64,000 bases of DNA from Macrostomum lignano (Eukaryota): assembly GCA_002269645.1 (NCBI GenBank), contig NIVC01001899.1:1-64000 (forward strand). The letters are read 5' to 3'. This document shows, piece after piece, positions 33,944 through 50,935 of this stretch. The notes below the pieces were generated by a model that was not told the origin of the DNA, did no database searches, and worked only from the letters and a program-made list of their open reading frames with translations. The translations under genes and the position numbers were made by a program. Every line of letters starts with the position of its first letter. Position 1 is the first letter of the stretch.

Positions 33944-34784
33944 GTGCAGAGAACAATAAATTAAGCTTACGTTAGTAGAGTAGTTGTTGAGACGGTTTTC
34001 TGGCGATTTCTTTAAATATTACAGGGGTAGAAACAACCGCCTCTCAAAGAAATATTTCGAAGACCGATGGGGTTCATCAGTGAGAAATTAGTTCTGCCGA
34101 TATTGGAAGCTGACCAAATGCTCATATTTCATTACTTCTAGCCAGTTTTAATTTTCGAATTTTACGTGCTTCCACGTGGAGCGCCAAGGAGACCTCCTTG
34201 AGACCTCGGCTCAAATCTAAGACTTGCGGCTTTAGGTAACTGCAAAGCTAGTTCGTAAGTCATGAACAATTTCCTCTCGCGTGTCTCAAGCGCTTTCTTA
34301 GTTTAGTTAGATTTATTTGTCTAGAAGAGAATACAGCCGCTGTTCGTGTAATCGAACTCAGATTTTCAAGCCTGAAAATCGTTATTGCATCCAGCGATAG
34401 CAAGCTTCCTCTTTTTTGACAGTTGCTTTTTTATTGCTGGCTTTAGTTTCTGCTGATTATGGCAACTTGTCACCTTTTAGGTTATAAAGAGCTAGCGGAT
34501 ATTTCAACTGTAAGTCAAAGTCAGCCGTTGACTATATAGACTCGGTTAGTTTGTGGCATAAATTTATAACAGTATAAAGAGTTGGCAGTCAATAACTTTC
34601 AGTATAAAAACCACAGTGCCAGTATACCATGTAAATTTTTGTAGTTGATAAACATCATACTGGTCGAGCAAAGTACTAAAAGTCATTAAATAAAAAAGAT
34701 AAACTAGACTGTCGTTCTTATTCTTTCAGTAATTCTAGGAGTAAAGTTTGCTGATTTCTGTAGAAGTAGAGCCTACAGAAATGC

Positions 34785-35099
34785 CTAATTAAAGGAACAT
34801 CCGTGAAAGGTGCAATTGTTGAAGGCAAACTTCGTACCAACAGAATAGGCAGCTTCAGAACAAACACTAACCTCCGTCGATACTGCAGTCTCACCGACGA
34901 TCTCAACAGCATCAGCATGTTCGGGTGACCCAGCTTCTTGCTCTAAATCATGACGATTCAATGCCACCTGAACAGACTCACTCGTCTTTTGAAGCGACCG
35001 GTCGCGACGCTTGGCTAGATACCTTCTGGATGTTCGCTCGCTCAGCTGTCCAGTAATGCTCATTATATCGCTCATGCTGTGCAGGGCAAATACTAACAA
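34785..35099 (-). pseudogene. C-terminal relic of a Crypton-type tyrosine recombinase (DUF3504-like)
   Basis: DIMSITGQLSERTSRRY resembles the IM.ITGH.S...Y catalytic end (His replaced by Gln), and the ORF ends FAFNNCTFHGCSFN, as typical of this family. No upstream part of the domain is visible. Recognition is from memory of motifs only. Confidence 0.5.
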
Positions 35100-35311
35100 T
35101 TAATGAGCTGTGCCTCCATCTTTGCAACCGTCCGCTTTTCTCTATCTGAGATTCCACCTCTAGACACGCAAATATTTATTATATATGTAATTAGTTTAGG
35201 GGTGGGTGCAGAGTAAGGGGTGGGTGACTTTAGGTGCGCGACTTAAAGGTGAGACATAGGCGAGATGGAGGTAACCTTCTAAATTTTAAGCAATGATGCT
35301 CATCGGAAGGA

Positions 35312-35400
35312 AGTCAGAGTTTAAGGCAATGGCCCAATTGACACGAGCGGCTACCACCGCTACCACCGCTCGTGTCAAAGGCCATTGCCTTAAACTGACT
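35312..35400. other. 89-nt imperfect hairpin
   Basis: agtcagagtttaaggcaatggcccaattgacacgagcgg pairs with ccgctcgtgtcaaaggccattgccttaaactgact around a 15-nt loop. Confidence 0.8.
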
Positions 35401-35413
35401 TTCGATGAACCCT

Positions 35414-36204
35414 GAGCCAGGACTGCAGAGTTTCACTCCTAGGACTCTTGCTATAAAGCTAGGACTGCAGGGTTTCACTCCTAGGACTCTTGCTATAAAG
35501 CTAGGACTGCAGGGTTTCACTCCTAGGACCCGTGCTATAAAGCTAATACTGCAGCTGGTTTCACTCCTAGGACCCGTGCTATAAAGCTAATATTGCAGCT
35601 GGTTTCACTCCTAGGACCCGTGCTATAAAGCTAATACTGCAGCTGGTTTCACTCATAGGACCCGTGCTATAAAGCTAATATTGCAGCTGGTTTCACTCCT
35701 AGGACCCGTGCTATAAAGCTAATACTGCAGCTGGTTTCACTCATAGGACCCGTGCTATAAAGCTAATACTGCAGCTGGTTTCACTCCTAGGACCCGTGCT
35801 ATAAAGCTAGGACTGCAGCTGGTTTCACTCCTAGGACCCGTGCTATAAAGCTAGGACTGCAGGGTTTCACTCCTAGGACTCGTGCTATAAAGCTAGGACT
35901 GCAGGGTTTCACTCCTATGACCCGTGCTATAAAGCCAGGACTGCAGGGTTTCACTCCTAGGACTCGTGCTATAAAGCTAGGACTGCAGGGTTTCACTCCT
36001 AGGACCCGTGCTATAAAGCCAGGACTGCAGGGTTTCACTCCTAGGACCCGTGCTATAAAGCCAGGACTGGAGGGTTTCACTCCTAGGACCCGTGCTATAA
36101 AGCCAGGACTGGAGGGTTTCACTCCTAGGACCCGTGCTATAAAGCCAGGACTGGAGGGTTTCACTCCTAGGACCCGTGCTATAAAGCCAGGACTGCAGGG
36201 TTTC
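35414..36204. repeat. 42-44-bp minisatellite (ggactgcagggtttcactcctaggacccgtgctataaagcta)n
   Basis: Direct reading; variants are grouped in blocks. Confidence 0.95.
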
Positions 36205-36837
36205 ACTCCTAGGGCATTTTGATTAATTAAAGCGAGTCCCCACAGCGAATGACCCCGGTTAGCAATGTTGAAGACTCTGTAGATTCATTATTGGTACATC
36301 CAAGTGTTTATTGAAGCATACAAAGCAGAGGAAGGCAGACCGACTTCACGAAAGGCTGGTTCTTTCACCAAAAAGTCCAAAAACCTTTACCGAATAGAAA
36401 ACGATTTAAGCTTCCGACAGCAAATGACAATGTTGACTTTAAATGGTCAATGGTGGTTTCAAAAGTCTTAAAAATATAGCATCAGAAAACGAAGGAATGT
36501 TTAAATTTACTTTACATTCAGGCTATAATTTTTTTTCAATTTGTTTCAGTTTAAAGTAGACAAGGATACAGTAGTAACGGCAGCATTAAACCGTTATTTT
36601 TAATTCATGCTGACTTTCTTTGATCTGATTACGAAACACGCGAAAAAATGGAAAAAAGATTAGCAAATACCAATGTAAGTGCAGTAAGTCAAGCGTGTTT
36701 AAAGCTTCAGTCTAGCAAGATTAGCCAAAAGCACAAAGCAAAGAACACAGCTGTCACAGCAGACGGCAGTGCAACACATTTTATCATATTTTACCATCGC
36801 CACAGCTCACCCCCTGCATTGCATACAATTTATGTAG

Positions 36838-37508
36838 AAGTCACAGAACAGCACACAACACAATTTAGATGTCACAGAACAGCACACAACAATTTGGAAG
36901 TCACAGAACAGCACACAACACAATTTAGATGTCACAGAACAGCACACAACACAATTTAGATGTCACAGAACAGCACACAACACAATTTAGAAGTCACAGA
37001 ACAGCACACAACACAATTTAGATGTCACAGAACAGCACAAATCACATCGTAGAAGTCACAGAACAGCACAAATCACATCGTAGAAGTCACAAAACAGCAC
37101 AAATCACACCATAGAAGTTACAGAACAGCACAAATCACATCGTAGCAGTCACAGAACAGCACAAATCACATCGTAGAAGTCACAGAACAGAGCAAATCAC
37201 ATCGTAGAAGTCACAGAACAGCACAAATCACATCGTAGAAGTCACAGAACAGCACAAATCACATCGTAGAAGTCACAGAACAGAGCAAATCACATCGTAG
37301 AAGTCACAGAACAGCACAAATCACATCGTAGAAGTCACAGAACAGCACAAATCACATCGTAGAAGTCACAAAACAGCACAAATCGCATCGTAGAAGTCAC
37401 AGAACAGAGCAAATCACATCGTAGAAGTCACAGAACAGAGCAAATCACATCGTAGAAGTCACAGAACAGCACAAATCACATCGTAGAAGTCACAGAACAG
37501 CACACAAC
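36838..37508. repeat. 31-bp minisatellite in two subfamilies (gtcacagaacagcacacaacacaatttagat, then gtcacagaacagcacaaatcacatcgtagaa)
   Basis: Direct reading; the unit type switches near 37030. Confidence 0.95.
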
Positions 37509-37596
37509 TGGCAAAATGCAGTCAACATTCACACAGTCAACAGACAGCAACTTTAGTACAATTCATATCCGGCAGTCAAAAGGCGTCAGCTCCCGC

Positions 37597-40500
37597 TCAG
37601 AGTCCCTGCTGCACGAACAGGTCCCGCAGATCCCCCAGAGTCTCCTGCGCCTGGCCGCGACCTCCGGTGTATCCGGCGGCAATCAGCGCGGTTCGAGACT
37701 TCACTATCAGTAAGCCCTCCGTGTGCTGCAGGTTCACTCCAGACAGCAGCTCTTTGGTGCAAGCTTCGGGCTCGACCTTGTACAGAATGCCGCCGACAGC
37801 GAATCCGGCGGCCGAGAAAGCGCCCGGATTGTGAAAATTTTGCCTCAGGAGGGCCACTTGCTCGGCGGCTGGCGCGAAATCGGTCGGATTGCAGGCGAAC
37901 ACGCCGCCAGTGGTCAGGCTGCACACGACTGCCCGGCTGAACAGGCCGGTGCCAACCAGGCTTTTATTCACGATGTTCCACCACATCTCCGACTGTGGTG
38001 TCTGCTCGATCTGCGGGTGATAGGGTTCGTTTTTGGCTCCATGCAGTCACTTTTTGTTTTGTCTCCAGTGAGTCAACGTCAGTGCGTCTGGAGTCCCTTG
38101 TCAAAGGTGGATAAGTGTGTCCTGATCATGCCATAGTATAGTATCTAGACACACAGTGTGTCCTGATAGTCCCTGGGCCATGTCATACAGTTTAGTGCAC
38201 AGTGTGTCCCGATTATCCCCGGGCCATGTCATACAGTATAGTGCACAGTGTGTCCTGATAGTCCCTGGGCCATGTCATACAGTATAGTGCACAGTGTGTC
38301 CTGATAGTCCCTGGGCCATGTCATACAGTTTAGTGCACAGTGTGTCCTGATAGTCCCTGGGCCATGTCATACAGTTTAGTGCACAGTGTGTCCTGATAGT
38401 CCCTGGGCCATGTCATACAGTTTAGTGCACAGTGTGTCCTGATAGTTTCTGGGCCATGTCATACAGTTTAGTGCACAGTGTGTCCTGATAGTCCCTGGGC
38501 CATGTCATACAGTTTAGTGCACAGTGTGTCCTGATAGTTTCTGGGCCATGTCATACAGTTTAGTGCACAGTGTGTCCTGATAGTCCCTGGGCGATGTCAT
38601 ACAGTTTAGTGCACAGTGTGTCCTGATAGTCCCTGGGCCATGTCATACAGTTTAGTGCACAGTGTGTCCTGATAGTCCCTGAGCCATGTCATACAGTTTA
38701 GTGCACAGTGTGTCCTGATAGTTTCTGGGCCATGTCATACAGTTTAGTGCACAGTGTGTCCTGATAGTCCCTGGGCCATGTCATACAGTTTAGTGCACAG
38801 TGTGTCCTGATAGTCCCTGGGCCATGTCATACAGTTTAGTGCACAGTGTGTCCTGATAGTCCCTGGGCCATGTCATACAGTTTAGTGCACAGTGTGTCCT
38901 GATAGTCCCTGGGCCATGTCATACAGTTTAGTGCACAGTATGTCCTGATAGTTTCTGGACCATGTCATACAGTTTAGTGCACAGTGTGTCCTGATAGTCT
39001 ACCGGTACGAGTACCATACATAAACTAAGCCCTGGGCTACTCATTTAAAACTATTTGAGCGCGAATGACAACAGCGACAAACCTTCACGCCACCCGTAGC
39101 CTTGACGTTTCGCATGTCAACCGATTTTCGCTGAAATCTGGCCTCCGCAATCCGCTGCCGCTCCGCCTCAGCTTCGGCGTCGCTGGCCGCGGCAGCGATG
39201 GCGGCTTCAACGGCTGCGGTAGCTTCGGCGGACATCCCGGCGTCCGACTGCCGGCTGGACTGGCCATCCGCCGCCGGCCCCGGCGCGTCCTTGCTGGCCA
39301 TCTTCGCCAGGGACAAACGTGGCTTGGCGTCCTTGGCCGGAGCGGACACAGGCGGCCGAACCCAGGCCGATTCGACGTCCTTGACCTTCACGCAGACCAC
39401 CTCCTCGCAGACCGAGTGTACGCTGCCTCCGTCGCTATCGGCGTTGCCGTGACAGACGTCAGGCAGTTCAACATCGTCGAATGTGATCTGCACCGTCTGG
39501 CTTGCTGTTGGTGGCGGCGGCGGCGGCTGAGACTGCGACCGATGGGCGTTGCTGTGGTTGGCTGACACCTCCGGGTTCTGCTCCTGCTGTTCCTGCTTTA
39601 TAAAGCAGGTATCAGGACAATAAAACGAGTTAACGCTTCATCACATACTAAATGTAATACTGGGTGTAGAATCGTACTTTTTCTACAATCTAAGACTCGA
39701 AGCTCGAAGCCGCATGTGTCATTATTTTTCGTTCATTACTGTGTACGAGTGATTTGTCACCACTCGGATCAACCAGTGGGTGGCTTCTAAGCACAGGGAG
39801 AGGTGGGCTAACGCCCCCCCCCCGACTGCCGGCAATCCCGCACGGCTCCCCTGTCCTTCCTCCGCCCTGCACAGGGCTCTGCTTAGACTCAACCGCAGGG
39901 ACATCAGGGCGGTGACCATGGCCCTCTCGGGTCATGGCTGTTTTGCCAAGCATCGTCACCTCCAGGCAGGGAAAAATCCGGAGTGAGGAATGCCCATTCT
40001 GCCTCTCAGGTGTCGAGAATGCGGAGCATTTCATCTGTGAATGCCCCGCCTTTAATCAGGACAGGCTCACCTACCTCGGCCCAAACCCGGACCTCTCCGA
40101 CGTTTTCAGGCCCGAGAATCTCCGCCAGCTCGTCCGCTACCTACCGGGCGAGCGACAATCCACCTCCTAGACTCTCTGGAGGGGGACCGCGCTGCGGACA
40201 CCGGCGCCACCGGAACTCCCTGCGCGACACCGCAGCACTAGCTGCCCGTGGTCGCCAGGGGTTAGCGAAATGGGCGGCAACGCCTCCTCGCTGTTTCCGG
40301 ATGCACGGAGCCCCCTGCAGCTAAGTGAAAAAGCGCACGACTGATTTCACCTACTCGTAGTTCTCAATTGATTGGTGGTTTTGCTCATTTGGAGTTCTTT
40401 TCATTGCAGTATCGATTGGTTTAGAACGCGATTGAACTGGTCAAACTCAGGCTGTACATGAATGCATGGATGCATGGATCCAGCACAGTGCTTCCCCAAA

Positions 40501-41020
40501 GCCATCTCTGCTCGAGTTGCTGAAACAAAACGGTATAACTCATGCCTGCGCTAGGGTTCCCGATGGTACGGTAAGTCCACCCCAGGTAACTCAACATGGT
40601 CCAAACAAGCGAGCTGTCTTGTTGTTGAACATTGTGGAGGATCAGCCGTTAGAAATACTTGTAGCCTAATTGAAACAAAGTCTTTATTAAAATATATATT
40701 CGCATAAGGCTTGCGAGAGAGTTGCGGCAATGCTGTACGAAGGCCCAAATGAATGTGACTGGCTGTGTACGGGCGGAATCGAACCAGGGGTCTGGGGCAA
40801 GATCTACTAATAGTAGCATGAAACGGCAGCTTACCGGCGACTTCGCCTTGCTCCTAGTTTTGCGCTTGAAGAGGCCACCGCATCCCGTTCGCTTGGCGTC
40901 GCTTGGAGATGTCTCGCCGGCGCTGCTTGAAGATTTTTTCTTTTTCCAGAAGAACCGGAAACCGCCCCGGCTGCGGCTGTTTTGAGTTTCTCTGTCCTCT
41001 GGCGCGGATGCTTCGGCCAT
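37597..41020 (-). CDS. Profilin-domain protein with a long low-complexity N-terminal extension (about 370 aa)
   Basis: Exons 41020-40835, 39595(or 39592)-39083 and 38010-37597, all phase 0. The C-terminal 129 aa ([20 protein letters not shown]...[11 protein letters not shown]...[16 protein letters not shown]...[10 protein letters not shown]) match the profilin pattern. Linkage to the two upstream exons is inferred from splice signals and frame; the exon 2 donor is a weak gtttgt. Confidence 0.75.
38148..38998. repeat. 46-bp minisatellite (cacagtgtgtcctgatagtccctgggccatgtcatacagtttagtg)n
   Basis: About 18 copies, in intron 2 of the profilin-domain gene. Confidence 0.97.
39780..40330 (+). mobile_element. 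3' fragment of a non-LTR retrotransposon (LOA/R1/I-group-like ORF2 C-terminus)
   Basis: Joining frames gives [46 protein letters not shown]...CPFC...[18 protein letters not shown], the CCHC-type ORF2 tail. Frameshifted and 5'-truncated; antisense within intron 1 of the profilin-domain gene. Confidence 0.8.
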
Positions 41021-41437
41021 GTCAGCGCTATCGAATTCAGACCGGGGCTTTCTGGCTGGGGCGGCAGAGACTACTAACTGGCTCGGTGACTGGAATGTTC
41101 TGGAGCAAAGGGAAATAAACAGCCAAGGTGGAATAAATACGTGTGGGGGGTCTCTACTCAGCGCACTTAATTTCCTGCTAGCGCCCCAGTCTATTGACAT
41201 TTGTGCCTTACAAATCGATCCTGTGAGCCCGGAGCTCCAGGGGTTGGCGACGCGGCGCTCGCCTTAGAAAATTGGAAAAAGTGAGCGCTCCGTGTGCGCG
41301 CATTGGGAGCTTGACTGTCTGCCCTTCCTCACCCCCCCCCCGCTGAGTGCAACATGCGAAATATCGAACTGGGATCACTCTAGTCAGAGCGAGGGAATCG
41401 ACAATTGACGGGCGATCGACGGGCGAAGGTGCAGGAG

Positions 41438-41439
<2 letters not shown>

Positions 41440-41515
<76 letters not shown>
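41440..41515. repeat. (GA)n microsatellite
   Basis: Direct reading. Confidence 0.97.
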
Positions 41516-41517
<2 letters not shown>

Positions 41518-42589
41518 ACATGTAAAATAACAAATTTGTTAAAAAACACATTGGAACATTTTTTATTTGATGTCTCGTGGAAATATTATTAGCATGAAGC
41601 TACAGTTGCTATAAACGTCGACCTTAACGTCGATTTATCAATCATGCAAATTTTCTTTAGTCTCATAAAACAGATTTTTGTCTGTTGACAGCTGCTGTTG
41701 ACTGAGACGGCCCTGAGGTAAAAGTATAAAATATAGTAATCTCGCATATTTCGCGGACACTTGTAAAGTATGCAATTTTCCTCTTGTCTCTATGCCTGGT
41801 GAGTGGTAGGCCTTGGGGGAGTTCTGGGACAGCCTGCTTCAAACCCCCTTGGATCAATATCTACTAAAACCTGTTTATACGTAATGCTCTTATATCTAAA
41901 ATCAAATACCCCAATGCAATACCTACAACTGCTCATCTAAGGTAAATAACAATAGTCCGCCCCCTTGGACAACCAAATCCCCCCTTAATCGACATCTACT
42001 AAAATCTATTTATGTATAATGCCCTTATGTCTAAAATCAACTGCTGATCTAAAATGTCCCAAATAGCAGTCCAGACGAAGTTGGCAGATCAGACTGTATT
42101 TCTTCCATTAATAAACAATTTATTAATTCCCTAATTTGAAACAAGCAAAGATGCGCAAAGCTTACTACCAGTAGAAATCTTAGCTTTTGACAATTAAATC
42201 GAAAAACAGGGCTTTTTATACAGAATATGCTCTGTTGGCATGAAAGAAGACAAAATAAAAAGCGTAAAGCGAGAAGGGAAGAAATTTCATTTTCTGTGGA
42301 ATGCGACTGGCTGCAAGGGCGCAGTTCCCATCGGACTGGATTTTTTTTCTTGCCAAGTCAAAAAAATATAATTTACATTTTTGAAGAGCTTTTTTTGCTT
42401 GAGGTTTTTTCGGGAGCAAGGCTGGAGAGGAACCGCTGGCATGAAATTTCATTCACTTGCCGCTTCTGCTGATCCCGTCCGCTTGAATTTCCTGCATCCA
42501 GATGCGCAGAAATTGAAAACAAATTGCCTGAAAGAGCTTTCTGTCTGTTGATTGCCAAGAAATGTGAGACACTGGAGAAGAGAGATATA

Positions 42590-44098
42590 TACTGGGGGAA
42601 GAGAGAGTGGGATGCTGGGGAAGAGAGAGGATGCTAGGGAAGAGAGGGGATGCTGGGGAAGAGAGGGGGTGCTGGGGAAGAGAGGGGATGCTGGGGAAGA
42701 GAGGGGATGCTGGGGAAGAGAGAGGGAGATTCTGGGGAAGAGAGGGGATGCTGGGGAAAAGAGGGGATGCTGGGGAAGAGAGAGGGAGATTCTGGGGAAG
42801 AGAGGGAGATTCTGGGGAAGAGAGGGGATGCTGGGGAAGAGAGGGGATGCTGGGGAAGAGAGGGGATGCTGGGGAAGAGAGGGGATGCTGGGGAAGAGAG
42901 GGGATGCTGGGGAAGAGAGGGAGATACTGGGGAAGAGAGGGGAGATACTGGAGAAGAGAGGGAGATACTGGGGAAGAGAGGGAGATACTGGGGAAGAGAG
43001 GGAGATACTGGGGAAGAGAGAGGGGATGCTGGGGAAGAGAGAGGGGATGCTGGGGAAGAGAGGGAGATACTGGGGAAGAGAGGGAGATACTGGGGAAGAG
43101 AGGGGAGATACTGGAGAAGAGAGGGAGATACTGGGGAAGAGAGGGAGATACTGGGGAAGAGAGGGAGATACTGGGGAAGAGAGAGGGGATGCTGGGGAAG
43201 AGAGGGAGATACTGGGGAAGAGAGGGGAGATACTGGAGAAGAGAGGGGAGATACTGGGGAAGAGAGGGGAGATACTGGGGAAGAGAGGGGAGATACTGGG
43301 GAAGAGAGGGAGATACTGGGGAAGAGAGGGAGATACTGGGGAAGAGAGGGAGATACTGGGGAAGAGAGAGGGGATGCTGGGGAAGAGAGAGGGGATGCTG
43401 GGGAAGAGAGGGAGATACTGGGGAAGAGAGGGAGATACTGGGGAAGAGAGGGGAGATACTGGAGAAGAGAGGGAGATACTGGGGAAGAGAGGGAGATACT
43501 GGGGAAGAGAGGGAGATACTGGGGAAGAGAGAGGGGATGCTGGGGAAGAGAGGGGATGCTGGGGAAGAGAGGGGAGATACTGGAGAAGAGAGGGGAGATA
43601 CTGGGGAAGAGAGGGGAGATACTGGGGAAGAGAGGGGAGATACTGGGGAAGAGAGGGAGATACTGGGGAAGAGAGGGAGATACTGGGGAAGAGAGGGAGA
43701 TACTGGGGAAGAGAGGGGAGATACTGGGGAAGAGAGGGAGATACTGGGGAAGAGAGGGGAGATACTGGAGAAGAGAGAGGGAGATTCTGGGGAAGAGAGG
43801 AAGTTGCTGGGGAAGAGAGGGGATGCTGGGGAAGAGAGGAAGTTGCTGGGGAAGAGAGGGAGATACTGGGGAAGAGAGAGGGAGATTATGGGGAAGAGAG
43901 GAAGTTGCTGGGGAAGAGAGGGAGATACTGGGGAAGAGAGAGGGAGATGCTGGGGAAAAGAGGGGATGCTGGGGAAGAGAGAGGGAGATTCTGGGGAAGA
44001 GAGGGAGATACTGGGGAAGAGAGAGGGGATGCTGGGGAAGAGAGGGGAGATACTGGGGAAGAGAGGGAGCTACTAGGGAAGAGAGAGGTGAAGAGAGG
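42590..44098. repeat. Purine-rich 19-22-bp minisatellite (ggggaagagagggagatact)n
   Basis: Direct reading. Confidence 0.96.
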
Positions 44099-44561
44099 AC
44101 CAGGAGTCAAGACAGACAAAAGGAAATGATGAAATCAGCAATTTGTTAACAAAAATTTCTGCGGATAAGCTCCTCTCGGAGTTCGAAATCGCTGATCTCG
44201 TTTTAGAATCTCCCACTCTCCCAACCCACTTGAGTGGGATTATAATCCCATAAAGACAACCCAGCTGTAACTGGCAGATCTAGCAGGCTTGGATTTTAAA
44301 CGCAGAATATGCCTTCAGGACATATAGTTTGAATATATCTATTATTAATTTATTCAATACTGCGCTGGCATAGAACAGACGTACAGATCAGACCTGGGGG
44401 GGGGGGCTGTGGGCTGTGGATCGGACAATATCGATCAGGCCGAGCGCTTCACAACCAACCAGCTCCTCGGGTTTCCCTAAGCAGCGCAGTGATAAGAACC
44501 CCAGCTACACTCTGGCAGTGCGAGCCAGTGAGCCATTCTTTTCCTTTGCCTCCCCCCCGCC

Positions 44562-49068
<4,507 letters not shown>

Positions 49069-49116
49069 CGGCACACCAAGGATCTGGATGGGTGGCTTAG
49101 GAACATTTAGGACGTA

Positions 49117-49797
49117 AGGATTCTTTGGGATTCTTGGGATTTGTTGGGATTGTTGGATTGTTGAAATTAAAGGATTCTTGGGATTAAAGTATTTTTGGGA
49201 TTAAAGTATTATTGGGATTTAACGATCCTTGAGAATTCAGGATTCTTGGGATTTTTGGGATTTAAAGATCCTTGGATTTCAGCATTTTTGGGATTTCGGG
49301 ATTTTTTTGGGATTTCAGGATTCTTGGGATTTCAGAAATCTTGGGATTTTAGGATTCTTGGGATTTCAGGATTCTTGGGATTTTAGGATTCTTGGGATTT
49401 CAGAATTCTTGGGATTTTAGGATTCTTGGGATTTCAGGATTCTTGGGATTTAAGAATCCTTGGGATTTAAAAATCCTTGGGATTTAAAAATCCTTGGGAT
49501 TTAAGGATCCTTGGGATTTCAGGATTCTTGGGATTTTTGGGATTTAAAGATCCTTGGGATTTCAGGATTCTTGGGATTTCAGGATTCTTGGGATATCAGG
49601 ATTCTTGGGATTTAAGGATCCTTGGGATTTAAGGATCCTTGGGATTTCAGGATTCTTGGGATTTTTGGGATTTAAAGATCCTTGGGATTTCAGGATGTTT
49701 TGGGATTTCAGGATTCTTGGGATTTCAGGATTCTTGGGATTTCAGGATTCTTGGGATTTCAGGATTCTTGGGATTCTTGATGTTTATGTTTATGGGA
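49117..49797. repeat. 17-bp minisatellite (gggatttcaggattctt)n
   Basis: Direct reading; degenerate at both ends. Confidence 0.94.
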
Positions 49798-50499
49798 CTC
49801 TGAGAATTTGAGGAGTTGAGATTCTTGAGAATCTGGATATTTTAAATTACAGGATTTTGGAATACTTACGCTTTCAGGATTCAAGCGTTTTAGATTTTTT
49901 AGATTAAAAATTTGAAATCTTCGAGATTTGAACAATAGGAATTTTTGGGATTTAAGACTACAGTATTGGAGAAATCTTGATTATGAAGGCTTTGGACACT
50001 TGAGGATTTGAGATTATTGGGAGAATTTGGGGCTTTTCGGATTCTCGGTAAAATCTAAAATGTTTCCCCCTTTCGATAAGAGGAGTGGTGCGCAGCACCA
50101 GAAACTCAGCACTCACCGGCACTGCAAAACTCGGCTTCTGCGCCAAAATTTACCGCTGATTTCAACCGCATTCCGGCAAACCATTGAATTGCAAACGAAT
50201 GTCTGTCATCCTACTGGCAGTAGAGAACTAAGCTTTGATCGATAGAATTTTCTATTTGCGAATGATATAAATATTCGAGACTGACCATTCACTCACCTAT
50301 GTCTTGCCAATTTGATCAGTTATTAGTAATCAGCTAAAATGCCGAATGTACATTCTAAATAATATACTGTTCTATTTGAGTAAAACTTGCAGTCATTTGT
50401 TTATCAAGTCTAACGGATTGCGAGTTGATAGACAGATACATGCTATTCATTGACTTTTTATCACTTGTCAAGGGGGGAGAGGGAACAGACAAAAGAGAG

Positions 50500-50935
50500 C
50501 CAAGAGGAGAAAGAAGAGGGCAATGGGAGAGAGCAGGGGGAGGGCAAGGAAGAGGGCAAGGGAGAGGGCAAGTGAGAAGGCAAGAGAGGGGGCAAGGGAG
50601 AGGGCAAGGGAGAGGGCAAGGGAGAGGGCAAGGGAGAGGGCAAGGAAGAGGGCAAGGGAGAGGACAAGGGAGAGGGCAAGTTAGAGGGCATGGGAGAGGG
50701 AAAGGGAGAGTGTAAAGGAGAGGGTATGGGCGAGGGCAAGAAAGAGGGCAAGAAGGCAAGGGAGAGGGCAAGGGAGAGGGCAAAGGAGAGGGCAAGGAAG
50801 ATGGAAAGGGAGAAGACAAGGGAGAGGGCAAGGGAGAAGACAAGGGAGAAGACAAGGGAGAGGGCAAGGGAGAGGGCAAGGGAGAGGGCGAGGAGGCAAG
50901 GGAGAGGGCAAGGGAGAGGGCAAGGGAGAGAGCAA
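50500..50935. repeat. Purine-rich 12-bp repeat (agggcaagggag)n
   Basis: Direct reading. Confidence 0.9.

Noticed and set aside
32443-33975. 510-aa AKMSACG repeat ORF
   Set aside because: Product of the 21-bp array inside a TIR/TSD-bounded element; no transposase motifs.
36838-38998. Regular 31-46 bp repeats resembling CRISPR arrays
   Set aside because: Units are head-to-tail with no unique spacers, there are no cas genes, and the context is eukaryotic.
42552-44149. About 500-aa Gly/Glu/Arg ORFs, similarly at 18329-19180, 26875-28341, 45004-46005, 57514-58695 and 60026-60751
   Set aside because: All coincide with tandem arrays and show no non-repeat domain.
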